Below are positions 38,483-49,843 of a stretch of DNA of 64,000 nt, in pieces (position 1 is the stretch's first letter; each line of letters starts with the position of its first letter). A program made the position numbers and the translations under genes. This DNA comes from Mobula hypostoma (Eukaryota): assembly GCF_963921235.1 (NCBI RefSeq), contig NC_086108.1, forward strand, positions 36,520,001 to 36,584,000. Direction: 5' to 3'. A model generated the notes under the pieces. That model saw nothing but the letters and a program-made list of their open reading frames with translations. It did no database searches and was not told the origin of the DNA.

Positions 38483-38610
38483 GCACCTACTGTTCTAATA
38501 GAAAACCAGATTTACTCTTAGACCCGTTGATAATCATTTTACTCTGTAATCTGGATTTAGTTGGTTACTTAATTAAGTCTTAAGTCTTCCTGTAGCCACC
38601 ATTCTGTTAT
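38483..38610 (+). repeat. Putative ERV 5' LTR remnant
   Basis: tgcacctactgttctaatagaaaac..tttactctgtaatc..ttacttaattaagtc..ctgtagccaccattctgt matches 52309-52426. Confidence 0.65.
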
Positions 38611-38614
38611 TAGG

Positions 38615-38738
38615 CTAAAGAAATTGCTCCTCATCTCCATTCTAAGAGGACATCCCTCTATTCTGAGATTGTGTCCTCTGGTCTTAGACTCTCCCACCAT
38701 AGGAAACATCCTCTCTATCAAGGCCTTTCACTATTCAG
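38615..38738 (-). mobile_element. Short CR1 fragment in the ERV 5' region
   Basis: Reverse complement of RMFPMVGESKTRGHNLRIEGCP. Confidence 0.8.
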
Positions 38739-38759
38739 TCGGGTTCAGCCATGTCCCCT

Positions 38760-39400
38760 GGCGCCTCAGTTTTAACTGGCCAATGAGGGCAGAAGTGGAG
38801 AATGTGCAGCATAGTGGCAGGTGTAAGATGGGACAGACAAGTTGATGCTGAATATTTTAGGTGCAGACAAAGAGAGGATCCAGTCTGTGATTGTAAGGAC
38901 AGGGGAGAAGGCCAAGTTAGGTTCAGATGCTGTGAGAAAACGGTATACTCGGGACAAAAGTTGGTCGAAAGGTGGAGAGGAAGCAAGACAAGGACTGTGG
39001 ACACAGCAAGCTGAGGATCGCGACTTTGCTCCAAGAGGCAGTGTAGCAGGAGCTGTTCTCCAGATCTTCGCAGAAGAGTTAGAACAACTCTGGATGAAAT
39101 GACTAGCAACAGCCCTCAGTGACATTGGTAGGTACCCCAGAATGTTTGTCAATGCGCTGTTACGGGGCTGGCAGTACACTATGTTAGCAGATACCGGGGC
39201 TCAGTATTGATAACAAATCTCGACTTACCCATCACAAGTAAAACTACAATGGTGGTGAGGGCAGGACAAGGATCCATAACGTGAATCTGTCCCAACGTAG
39301 ATCATCGACACGAGTCCTACTGTACCTACCTGGGTTTGCTACATATGTGAATTCCTGGGGATAGATCTGTTGTAACAGCTGGGGTCTGTAAGGGAAATTA
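38760..39400 (+). pseudogene. ERV gag C-terminus, UGA-CUAG junction and aspartic protease
   Basis: ORF 38842-39102 ends TGA; the same frame continues CTA GCA..PRMFVNALLRGWQYTMLADTGAQY; FLGIDL-like remnant near 39350. Confidence 0.8.
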
Positions 39401-39589
39401 CTTGGGGAGTAAAGACTCATTCTTGGTGACAGAAGGGGAATGGCGATGATTTATACATACATGTATATCAGGTGTCACAAACTTAAAGGGCAAACGGGCA
39501 GTGGTGGGAGTGTGAGGTATTGTTGCCAAAATATATCCCTGGGTGTTGGCTCTTATAAACAAGTCTGTGGACTTGCTGAGGTGACATCC

Positions 39590-40280
39590 ATTCAGATGTC
39601 CATCACACCCACCCCACAGACAGTGCTCCATTAAACTCAAAGCAGAGGCTGCAGTGGTAAAAATAGTTACAGAACTACAGTAACAAGGAGTGGTCTGGCC
39701 AGCCCTTTCACATATGAATTACCTGATCTGGCTGGTACATAAACGAGATGGGTCCTACTGATCATATACCTCCCTGAACAAATACGCCACCCAGGGAGTA
39801 TCCTACAGTGCCAAGCCCATCTATCATTTCCAATGGCCTGAGGCTGGAACAGGATACTTTTACTGTCTTAGATATTGTAAATATTATAAATTCCAATACA
39901 TCCTGCTACGCAGGATGTTAGCTTTTACCGTCCATGGACAGCTATTTACTTGGGTAAAGTTGCCCTTAGGGTTTCCTTAACAGTCCTGCTATTTCCATCA
40001 ATGTTTGGCTAAAGTCATTGCTTGTGTTCCCTGGGAAGATACTAGGTGCAGTATTCAGCAATATGTGGATATTCTAATTGCATCTCCGAGAGAGAAAGAG
40101 CACATCCAGGTGGTTTTAAGGACTTTACAAGTTATCGAAAATGCGGGTCTGAAATGCGGTAAACCCTCCAGTGTAGAGTTTGGACAGTCAGAAGTATTGC
40201 ATTTGGAATACAAGATTAGACATGGTGAGAAAGTAATACACAAGGAATGTAAAGAAGGAATTCTTAACCTCTTCTTTTCT
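39590..40280 (+). pseudogene. ERV reverse transcriptase (fingers/palm)
   Basis: MNYLIWLVHKRDGSY, FTVLDIVN, AFTVHGQLFTWVKLPLGF, SPAIFHQ, QQYVD(D lost)ILIAS. Confidence 0.88.
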
Positions 40281-40286
40281 TAATTC

Positions 40287-41129
40287 TTAAGCGGAACAAG
40301 TGCTACACATGCCCTTACACTTCCTCCCTTACCACCATTCAGGGCCCGAAACAGTCTTTCCAGGTGAGGCAACACTTCACCTGTGAGTCAGCAGGGGTGA
40401 TATACTGTGACCGCTGCTCCCAATGTGGCCTTTTATATATTGGCGAGACCCGACGCGCACTGGGAGACCGCTTTGCTGAACACCTAAGCTCTGTCCGCCA
40501 GAGAAAGCAGGATCTCCCAGTGGCCACACATTTTAATTCCACATCCCATTCCCATTCTGACATGTCTATCCACGGCCTCCTCCACTGTAAAGATGAAGCC
40601 ACACTCAGGTTGGAGGAACAACACCTTATATTCCGTCTGGGTAGCCTCCAACCTGATGGCATGAACATCGACTTCTCTAACTTCCGCTAATGCCCCACCT
40701 CCCCCCGGACCCCATCTGTTACTTATTTTTACACACACATTCTTTCTCTCACTCTCCTTTTTCTCCCTCTGTCCCTCTGAATATACCCCTTGCCCATCAT
40801 CTGGGTTCTCCCCCCACCCCCTTGTCTTTCTTCCTGGACCTCCTGTCCCATGATCCTCTCGTATCCCTTTTGCCTATCACCTGTCCAGCTCTTGGCTCCA
40901 TCCCTCCCCCTCCTGTCTTCTCCTATCATTTTGGATCTCCCCCTCCCCCTCCAACTTTCAAATCTCTTACTAATTCTTCCTTCAGTTCGTCCTGACGAAG
41001 GGTCTTGGCCTGAAACGTCGACTGCACCTCTTCTTAGAGATGCTGCCTGGCCTGCTGCGTTCACCAGCAACTTTTATGTGTGTTGCTTGTATTTCCAGCA
41101 TCTGCAGAATTCCTGTTGTTTGCGTTTTT
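40287..41129 (+). mobile_element. Penelope-like fragment A, with an approx. 21-bp TSD
   Basis: GIY-YIG ORF 40364-40690; flanked by aattcttaacctct(t/c)cttttc at 40259-40279 and 41131-41151. Confidence 0.93.
40988..41023 (+). ncRNA. Minimal hammerhead ribozyme
   Basis: gtc-CTGACGA-agg..cct-GAAA-cGTC-gac. Confidence 0.75.
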
Positions 41130-41630
41130 AAATTCTTAACCTCTCCTTTTCATACACATAGAAGGGAATCCATCAGAACTTGGGGCTTCAAAATTCTTTT
41201 GTGGAAAATTACGCAGAGCTTGCTGAATCTCTGCAAGCTCTTGCAAGAGGAGGGAAATGGCAAAGAACAAGTGGAATGAAAGCTGGAGTTAGACCAGGCC
41301 CTTTCGCATCTAAAGCAAACCCTCGCTGCAGCATTGGCTTTGGGCTTGCTGGACATGAGCATCTTTTTTCTGACAACCAAGGGGAGTTTTATACAGCTGT
41401 ACACATCAAGAACATGGTGACAAGTCGCACCCTGTAGCACATTACTCTGTAAAATGGGACCCTGTAGTGGCAGGAATACATCAGTGTATGTGAGCAATAG
41501 ACTGCGCTACTTGGGCGTCAGAACACTCAGAACTGACATTCACAGCCACGAAGCCAGTCATCACTGCAGCCCATCCAGAAGCCTGTTAGTTGCAGGCCAC
41601 AGCCTCAGTTCAGCACAGGGATGAGTAAAA
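41130..41630 (+). pseudogene. ERV RT thumb and tether (repeated from 43429 and 45729)
   Basis: FVENYAELAESLQAL..LDQALSHLKQTLAAALALGLLD; HPVAHYSVKWDPVVAG..C (cf. RPVAYxSxKLDPVAxG). Confidence 0.82.
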
Positions 41631-42358
41631 CTTGCTAAGTAGTGAGCTGTACACCAGCCCGTCCCTCATCTCTGGCTTTCACACCCCAACCTTTTCAATC
41701 TGGCCCTGCGCTTAAATCAGACAGATCTCGGGTTGTTCCTCGTTCTCAGATCTGGGCCCTGTTGCTTTGATATGTTCTTGGGCTGGGCCCCTCCTTGATT
41801 CGACCCACACTAGACCTTTCTAATTCGACCTGGCACTTAAATTAGTAAAACCTTAGCTTATTCCTCCCTCTCAGGGCTGGGCCCTGTCTCCTCAATTCTG
41901 CCGATTCAAATTGCCTCCCATGTCCACTACAGCAGCCAAATATTGGCTTGTTGCCTGCTGTTGGGGCCAGGCCCCACTGTCACAGTTCTGCCTGAGCGTG
42001 CCATGCCTACACTTCCCTGCAGCTTTGAGATTTCAGTTCACACTGCAAAAATGCCAGGTCATGCAGGTGGTTCAAAAGCTTCACTCTGAAAGGGAAGTTA
42101 CAGGTTATTGACTGCAGTGATTATTTCTGAGAAAAAGTGTGATTAATGAAGTAGTTACTAGTTGTTTTTGCTGCTAGCAGGTCTTTCCTGTACTTCAACC
42201 GTATCATCTTAGTCACTCACCTAGAGGCAGGGCAAGTACAGGAGGTGTCTGCCAACAGATGAGCACAATGGAGGCAGTGTTGTTACCTGTTGACAAAGAT
42301 GTACAAATAAGGCAATTTCTGGTTAGACCGGTGTGGTAAACCATATATATATGTTGTA

Positions 42359-43428
42359 TCCTCCCACCACCCCACGAGGAATAGGGTTCCCCTGGTCCTC
42401 ACCTACCACCCCACCAGCCTCCGGGTCCAACATATTATTCTCCGTAACTTCCGCCACCTCCAACGGGATCCCACCACTAAGCACATCTTTCCCTCCCCAC
42501 CTCTCTCTGCATTCTGCAGGGATCGCTCCCTACACAACTCCCTTGTCCATTCGTCCCCCCCATCCCTCCCCACTGATCTCCCTCCTGGCACTTATCCGTG
42601 TAAGCGGAACAAGTGCTACACATGCCCTTACACTTCTTCCCTTACCACCATTCAGGGCCCCAAACAGTCCTTCCAGGTGAGGCATCACTTCACCTGTGAG
42701 TCGACTGGGGTGATATACTGCATCCGGTGCTCCCGATGTGGCCTTTTATATATTGGTGAGACCCGACGCAGACTGGGAGACCGCTTTGCTGAACATCTAC
42801 GCTCTGTCTGCCAGAGAAAGCAGGATCTCCCAGTGGCCACACATTTTAATTCCACATCCCATTCCCATTCTGACATGTCTATCCACGGCCTCCTCTACTG
42901 TAAAGATGAAGCCACACTCAGGTTGGAGGAACAACACCTTATATTCCGTCTGGGTAGCCTCCAACCTGATGGCATGAACATCGACTTCTCTAACTTCCGC
43001 TAATGCCCCACCTCCCCCTCGGACCCCATCTGTTACTTATTTTTATACACACATTCTTTCTCTCACTTTCCTTTTTCTCCCTCTGTCCCTCTGAATATAC
43101 CCCTTGCCCATCCTCTGGGTCCCCCCGCCGTCTTTCTTCCCGGACCTCCTGTCCCATGATCCTCTCATATCCCTTTTGCCAATCACCTGTCCAGCTCTTG
43201 GCTCCATCCCTCCCCCTCCTGTCTTCATTTTGGATCTCCCCCTCCCCCTCCAACTTTCAAATCTCTTACTAACTCTTCCTTCAGTTAGTCCTGACGAAGG
43301 GTCTTGGCCTGAAACGTCGACTGTACCTCTTCCTAGATATGCTGCCTGGCCTGCTGCGTTCACCAGCAACTTTTATGTGTGTTGCTTGTATTTCCAGCAT
43401 CTGCAGAATTCCTGTTGTTTGCGTTTTT
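42359..43428 (+). mobile_element. Penelope-like fragment B1 (chimeric)
   Basis: GIY-YIG ORF 42677-43003; 5' part like copy C, 3' part like copy A. Confidence 0.93.
43287..43322 (+). ncRNA. Minimal hammerhead ribozyme
   Basis: agtc-CTGACGA-agg..cct-GAAA-cGTC-gact. Confidence 0.78.
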
Positions 43429-44658
43429 AAATTCTTAACCTCTCCTTTTCATACACATAGAAGGGAATCCATCAGAACTTGGGGCTTCAAAATTCTTTTG
43501 TGGAAAATTACGCAGAGCTTGCTGAATCTCTGCAAGCTCTTGCAAGAGGAGGGAAATGGCAAAGAACAAGTGGAATGAAAGCTGGAGTTAGACCAGGCCC
43601 TTTCGCATCTAAAGCAAACCCTCGCTGCAGCATTGGCTTTGGGCTTGCTAGACGTGAGCATCTTTTTTTCTGACAACCAAGGGGAGTTTTATACAGCTGT
43701 ACACATCAAGGACATGGTGACAAGTCGCAGCCTGTAGCACATTACTCTGTAAAATGGGACCCTGTAGTGGCAGGAATACATCAGTGTATGTGAGCAATAG
43801 ACTGCGCTACTTGGGCGTCAGAACACTCAGAACTGACATTCACAGCCACGAAGCCAGTCATCACTGCAGCCCATCCAGAAGCCTGTTAGTTGCAGGCCAC
43901 AGCCTCAGTTCAGCACAGGGATGAGTAAAACTTGCTAAGTAGTGAGCTGGACACCAGCCCGTCCCTCATCTCTGGCTTTCACACCCCAACCTTTTCAATC
44001 TGGCCCTGCGCTTAAATCAGACAGATCTCGGGTTGTTCCTCGTTCTCAGATCTGGGCCCTGTTGCTTTGATATGTTCTTGGGCTGGGCCCCTCCTTGATT
44101 CGACCCACACTAGACCTTTCTAATTCGACCTGGCACTTAAATTAGTCAAACCTTAGCTTATTCCTCCCTCTCAGGGCTGGGCCCTGTCTCCTCAATTCTG
44201 CCGATTCAAATTGCCTCCCATGTCCACTACAGCAGCCAAATATTGGCTTGTTGCCTGCTGTTGGGGCCAAGCCCCACTGTCACAGTTCTGCCTGAGCGTG
44301 CCATGCCTACACTTCCCTGCAGCTTTGAGATTTCAGTTCACACTGCAAAAATGCCAGGTCATGCAGGTGGTTCAAAAGCTTCACTCTGAAAGGGAAGTTA
44401 CAGGTTATTGACTGCAGTGATTATTTCTGAGAAAAAGTGTGATTAATGAAGTAGTTACTAGTTGTTTTTGCTGCTAGCAGGTCTTTCCTGTACTTCAACC
44501 GTATCATCTTAGTCACTCACCTAGAGGCAGGGCAAGTACAGGAGGTGTCTGCCAACAGATGAGCACAATGGAGGCAGTGTTGTTACCTGTTGACAAAGAT
44601 GTACAAATAAGGCAATTTCTGGTTAGACCGGTGTGGTAAACCATATATATATGTTGTA

Positions 44659-45728
44659 TCCTCCCACCACCCCACTAGGAATAGGGTTCCCCTGGTCCTC
44701 ACCTACCACCCCACCAGCCTCCGGGTCCAACATATTATTCTCCGTAACTTCCGCCACCTCCAACGGGATCCCACCACTAAGCACATCTTTCCCTCCCCAC
44801 CTCTCTCTGCATTCTGCAGGGATCGCTCCCTACACAACTCCCTTGTCCATTCGTCCCCCCCATCCCTCCCCACTGATCTCCCTCCTGGCACTTATCCGTG
44901 TAAGCGGAACAAGTGCTACACATGCCCTTACACTTCTTCCCTTACCACCATTCAGGGCCCCAAACAGTCCTTCCAGGTGAGGCATCACTTCACCTGTGAG
45001 TCGACTGGGGTGATATACTGCATCCGGTGCTCCCGATGTGGCCTTTTATATATTGGTGAGACCCGACGCAGACTGGGAGACCGCTTTGCTGAACATCTAC
45101 GCTCTGTCTGCCAGAGAAAGCAGGATCTCCCAGTGGCCACACATTTTAATTCCACATCCCATTCCCATTCTGACATGTCTATCCACGGCCTCCTCTACTG
45201 TAAAGATGAAGCCACACTCAGGTTGGAGGAACAACACCTTATATTCCGTCTGGGTAGCCTCCAACCTGATGGCATGAACATCGACTTCTCTAACTTCCGC
45301 TAATGCCCCACCTCCCCCTCGGACCCCATTTGTTACTTATTTTTATACACACATTCTTTCTCTCACTTTCCTTTTTCTCCCTCTGTCCCTCTGAATATAC
45401 CCCTTGCCCATCCTCTGGGTCCCCCCCCCGTCTTTCTTCCCGGACCTCCTGTCCCATGATCCTCTCATATCCCTTTTGCCAATCACCTGTCCAGCTCTTG
45501 GCTCCATCCCTCCCCCTCCTGTCTTCATTTTGGATCTCCCCCTCCCCCTCCAACTTTCAAATCTCTTACTAACTCTTCCTTCAGTTAGTCCTGACGAAGG
45601 GTCTTGGCCTGAAACGTCGACTGTACCTCTTCCTAGATATGCTGCCTGGCCTGCTGCGTTCACCAGCAACTTTTATGTGTGTTGCTTGTATTTCCAGCAT
45701 CTGCAGAATTCCTGTTGTTTGCGTTTTT
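44659..45728 (+). mobile_element. Penelope-like fragment B2 (chimeric)
   Basis: GIY-YIG ORF 44977-45303 identical in protein to B1. Confidence 0.93.
45587..45622 (+). ncRNA. Minimal hammerhead ribozyme
   Basis: Identical to 43287-43322. Confidence 0.78.
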
Positions 45729-46958
45729 AAATTCTTAACCTCTCCTTTTCATACACATAGAAGGGAATCCATCAGAACTTCGGGCTTCAAAATTCTTTTG
45801 TGGAAAATTACGCAGAGCTTGCTGAATCTCTGCAAGCTCTTGCAAGAGGAGGGAAATGGCAAAGAACAAGTGGAATGAAAGCTGGAGTTAGACCAGGCCC
45901 TTTCGCATCTAAAGCAAACCCTCGCTGCAGCATTGGCTTTGGGCTTGCTAGATGTGAGCATCTTTTTTTCTGACAACCAAGGGGAGTTTTATACAGCTGT
46001 ACACATCAAGGACATGGTGACAAGTCGCAGCCTGTAGCACATTACTCTGTAAAATGGGACCCTGTAGTGGCAGGAATACATCAGTGTATGTGAGCAATAG
46101 ACTGCGCTACTTGGGCGTCAGAACACTCAGAACTGACATTCACAGCCACGAAGCCAGTCATCACTGCAGCCCATCCAGAAGCCTGTTAGTTGCAGGCCAC
46201 AGCCTCAGTTCAGCACAGGGATGAGTAAAACTTGCTAAGTAGTGAGCTGGACACCAGCCCGTCCCTCATCTCTGGCTTTCACACCCCAACCTTTTCAATC
46301 TGGCCCTGCGCTTAAATCAGACAGATCTCGGGTTGTTCCTCGTTCTCAGATCTGGGCCCTGTTGCTTTGATATGTTCTTGGGCTGGGCCCCTCCTTGATT
46401 CGACCCACACTAGACCTTTCTAATTCGACCTGGCACTTAAATTAGTCAAACCTTAGCTTATTCCTCCCTCTCAGGGCTGGGCCCTGTCTCCTCAATTCTG
46501 CCGATTCAAATTGCCTCCCATGTCCACTACAGCAGCCAAATATTGGCTTGTTGCCTGCTGTTGGGGCCAGGCCCCACTGTCACAGTTCTGCCTGAGCGTG
46601 CCATGCCTACACTTCCCTGCAGCTTTGAGATTTCAGTTCACACTGCAAAAATGCCAGGTCATGCAGGTGGTTCAAAAGCTTCACTCTGAAAGGGAAGTTA
46701 CAGGTTATTGACTGCAGTGATTATTTCTGAGAAAAAGTGTGATTAATGAAGTAGTTACTAGTTGTTTTTGCTGCTAGCAGGTCTTTCCTGTACTTCAACC
46801 GTATCATCTTAGTCACTCACCTAGAGGCAGGGCAAGTACAGGAGGTGTCTGCCAACAGATGAGCACAATGGAGGCAGTGTTGTTACCTGTTGACAAAGAT
46901 GTACAAATAAGGCAATTTCTGGTTAGACCGGTGTGGTAAACCATATATATATGTTGTA

Positions 46959-47994
46959 TCCTCCCACCACCCCACTAGGAATAGGGTTCCCCTGGTCCTC
47001 ACCTACCACCCCACCAGCCTCCGGGTCCAACATATTATTCTCCGTAACTTCCGCCACCTCCAACGGGATCCCACCACTAAGCACATCTTTCCCTCCCCAC
47101 CTCTCTCTGCATTCTGCAGGGATCGCTCCCTACGCGACTCCCTTGTCCATTCGTCCCCCCCATCCCTCCCCACTGATCTCCCTCCTGGCACTTATCCGTG
47201 TAAGCGGAACAAGTGCTACACATGCCCTTACACTTCTTCCCTTACCACCATTCAGGGCCCCAAACAGTCCTTCCAGGTGAGGCATCACTTCACCTGTGAG
47301 TCGACTGGGGTGATATACTGCGTCCGGTGCTCCCGATGTGGCCTTTTATATATTGGTGAGACCCGACGCAGACTGGGAGACCGCTTTGCTGAACATCTAC
47401 GCTCTGTCCGCCAGAGAAAGCAGGATCTCCCAGTGGCCACACATTTTAATTCCACATCCCGTTCCCATTCTGACATGTCTATCCACGGCCTCCTCTACTG
47501 TAAAGATGAAGCCACACTCAGGTTGGAGGAACAACACCTTATATTCCGTCTGGGTAGCCTCCAACCTGATGGCATGAACATTGACTTCTCTAACTTCCGC
47601 TAGGCCCCACCTCCCCCTCGTACCCCAGCTGTTACTCCTTTTTATGCACACATTCTTTCTCTCACTCTCCTTTTTCTCCCTCTGTCCCTCTGAATATACC
47701 CCTTGCCCATCCTCTGGGTCACCCCCCCCCGTCTTTCTCCCTAGGCCTCCTGTCCCATGATCCTCTCGTATCCCCTTTTGCCTATCACCTGTCCAGCTCT
47801 CGGCTCTATCCCTCCCCCTCCTGTCTTCTCCTATCATTTTGCATCTCCCCCTCCCCCTCCAGCTTTCAAATCCCTTACTCACTCTTCCTTCAGTTAGTCC
47901 TGACGAAGGGTCTCAGCCTGAAACGTCGACTGCGCCTCTTCCTGGAGATGCTGCCTGGCCTGCTGCATTCACCAGCAACTTTGATGTATGTTGC
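46959..47994 (+). mobile_element. Penelope-like fragment C, with a 13-bp TSD
   Basis: GIY-YIG ORF 47277-47603; tatatatgttgta at 46946-46958 and 47995-48007. Confidence 0.93.
47896..47931 (+). ncRNA. Minimal hammerhead ribozyme
   Basis: agtc-CTGACGA-agg gtctcag cct-GAAA-cGTC-gact. Confidence 0.78.
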
Positions 47995-48214
47995 TATATA
48001 TGTTGTAACTGGGTTACCTGTCTGGACACGCCCCTCTGCTGACTGCTCCTGTGGCTCCCCCCACAGACCCTTGAATAAAGGCAATTGTGCCACTGCTCCT
48101 CCTCTCAGTCCAGGGGCAGATACTCAGCATGGTTGAGGTCACACTTTACTGCTAATAAAAGCCTTTCAGTATTTACTCTACTTCCAGTTTTTTGGAGTAA
48201 TTGATAGTGCATCA

Positions 48215-48745
48215 CCTGGCCAGTTTGATGGCAACAGGATGTATGCCACGTAAGCGCATGGAGCTAAGGCAAAGGCACCTAACCAGTTAGTTACAGGAGA
48301 AACACCCTCATGGTGTTCCTTTTCGTAGATGGGTCTAGGAAGTACCATGATGGTACTCCACGAACGGGATGGGCTGTTGTGGATAAAGGAAGGAACCCAA
48401 TGGCAGGAGAAAAGCTCCCAGGCCACAGGTCAGCACAACTGGCAGAACAAAAGCACTAACAGAGGCTCTTAAATTAGGTAAATGAGTGAGGATGAACATT
48501 TTCACAGACAATAGATTCACATTTGGAGTAGTACGTGATTTCATGGCATCTTGGGAAAGGAGAGGGTATGTGACCTCGTCAGGAGGGTATACATCATGAA
48601 GAAGTGGTGAAGGAGTTAGTTGAAGCAGATAAACTGCCCTGGGAAGCGGGAAGTCATAAAGATTCAGGTGCACAGAAGGGTAGACTACCCTGAGCAAAAG
48701 GGAAACGCCTTTACTGATCAGGCAGCTAAGGCAATTGCAGGAATC
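48215..48745 (+). pseudogene. ERV RNase H
   Basis: LFVDGSRKYHDGTPRTGWAVV; SAQLAEQKALTEAL; NIFTDNRFTFGVVRDF..WERRGYVTSSG; GNAFTDQAAK. Confidence 0.9.
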
Positions 48746-48879
48746 TGATCAGTCCCAGTAGATGTAGTGACAATCAGAGAGGAGAAGGAGCAAAATTTAA
48801 AGGTGTTTCAAGAGGGTACATCTTCAGAGGAAAAGCGGATTTGGGTACAGGCATGCGTAGTGAAAAGAGAAGACGGATT

Positions 48880-49843
48880 GTAGTGAGGTAGCCCCAGGGT
48901 GCACCAGACATACATTGTTAAAAATCTACCATAGTTTACCTCATATAGGGCAGGATAAGATAAGGATCCAGCTAGAAAGATGCTGGAGATGGCCGGGATG
49001 GGCAGAGATATTGCTAAATTCTGCCGGCAGTGTAAAATAGGTGTCCAGCGCGACGCAGGAAAAGCCGTTAAAATCCAACTGGGGCACCAGCCATGGCCTA
49101 AAGGTCCATGGGAGAAACTTCAGGGGGACTTCACAGGGCCAGTACCCCAGTCTATGGGTAATCGGAATTGCCTAGTGATCGTTGATCGCTTCACCGGGGG
49201 GTGGAACCATTTCCATGTTGGGATTACTCTGCTGAGAGGGTAGCTCGTGCACTCGGAGGGGGGAGTACCGGCCAGCCTCGACTTGGATCGGGGGCAACTT
49301 TACTGCGAAGGCAATCAAGAGAGCTTGTACATTGTCAGGTGGCAAAGAGAAGTTTCACATTGCATACCAAGAGCACTGGCTTGGTGAGAGAGCAAATCAC
49401 AGCCGAAAGGAGGCCGGGGAAGGCTGGTCTAGGGTCTAACAGCAGTACTGATGAAGTTCCAAACTTGCTCTGCTCAAAGGATACGGTTTACTCCTTTTGG
49501 ATTAATGAGAGGACGCGCTACACAAGTAGCAGAGGGAGGACCAAAGGTAAGGACTGGATTACCCAGTTTGTTCGGGAGTTGGCCATTTGTCAGTGTCATC
49601 TAAAAGGAAAAGTCATTGACAGACAGTGTTTGCAGTACTCGAACCAGAGAATTCCCAAGTGAAGAGGGACCGGGAGGTAAGGTGATGGTTAGAGTTGTAC
49701 CAGCAAAACTGGAACTACAACCCAGATGGACGGGACCGTTTACAGTGATCTTGACTGGAGAAAGATGTGCCCTGGTGGAAACTAAGAAAGGGCCAATGTG
49801 GAAACACTGGTTCACCCTGAAAATGTTCCTTGCGTATGAATGA
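48880..49843 (+). pseudogene. ERV integrase
   Basis: HSLPH..FCRQC; PWEKLQGDFTGP..CLVIVDRFT; LQPRWTGPFTVILT..WKH. Confidence 0.9.

Larger units (their letters stand above)
40287..47994 (+). repeat. Tandem array, period 2299-2300 bp: three copies of a 1.23-kb spacer and four Penelope copies
   Basis: 41130-43428, 43429-45728 and 45729-47994 are near-identical; ORF track recurs at +2300. Confidence 0.97.
46932..48214 (+). mobile_element. Short solo LTR (about 235 bp net) inserted in ERV pol, interrupted near its 5' end by Penelope C
   Basis: TGTGGTAAAC..(Penelope)..AATAAA..GTGCATCA; ERV reading resumes afterwards (PASLMATG); TSD only partial (accgg/cctgg). Confidence 0.65.

Noticed and set aside
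40287..47994. Tandem array as a gene cluster or CRISPR-like system
   Set aside because: Units consist entirely of transposon and ERV fragments; there is no short repeat/unique spacer structure and no cas-like genes.
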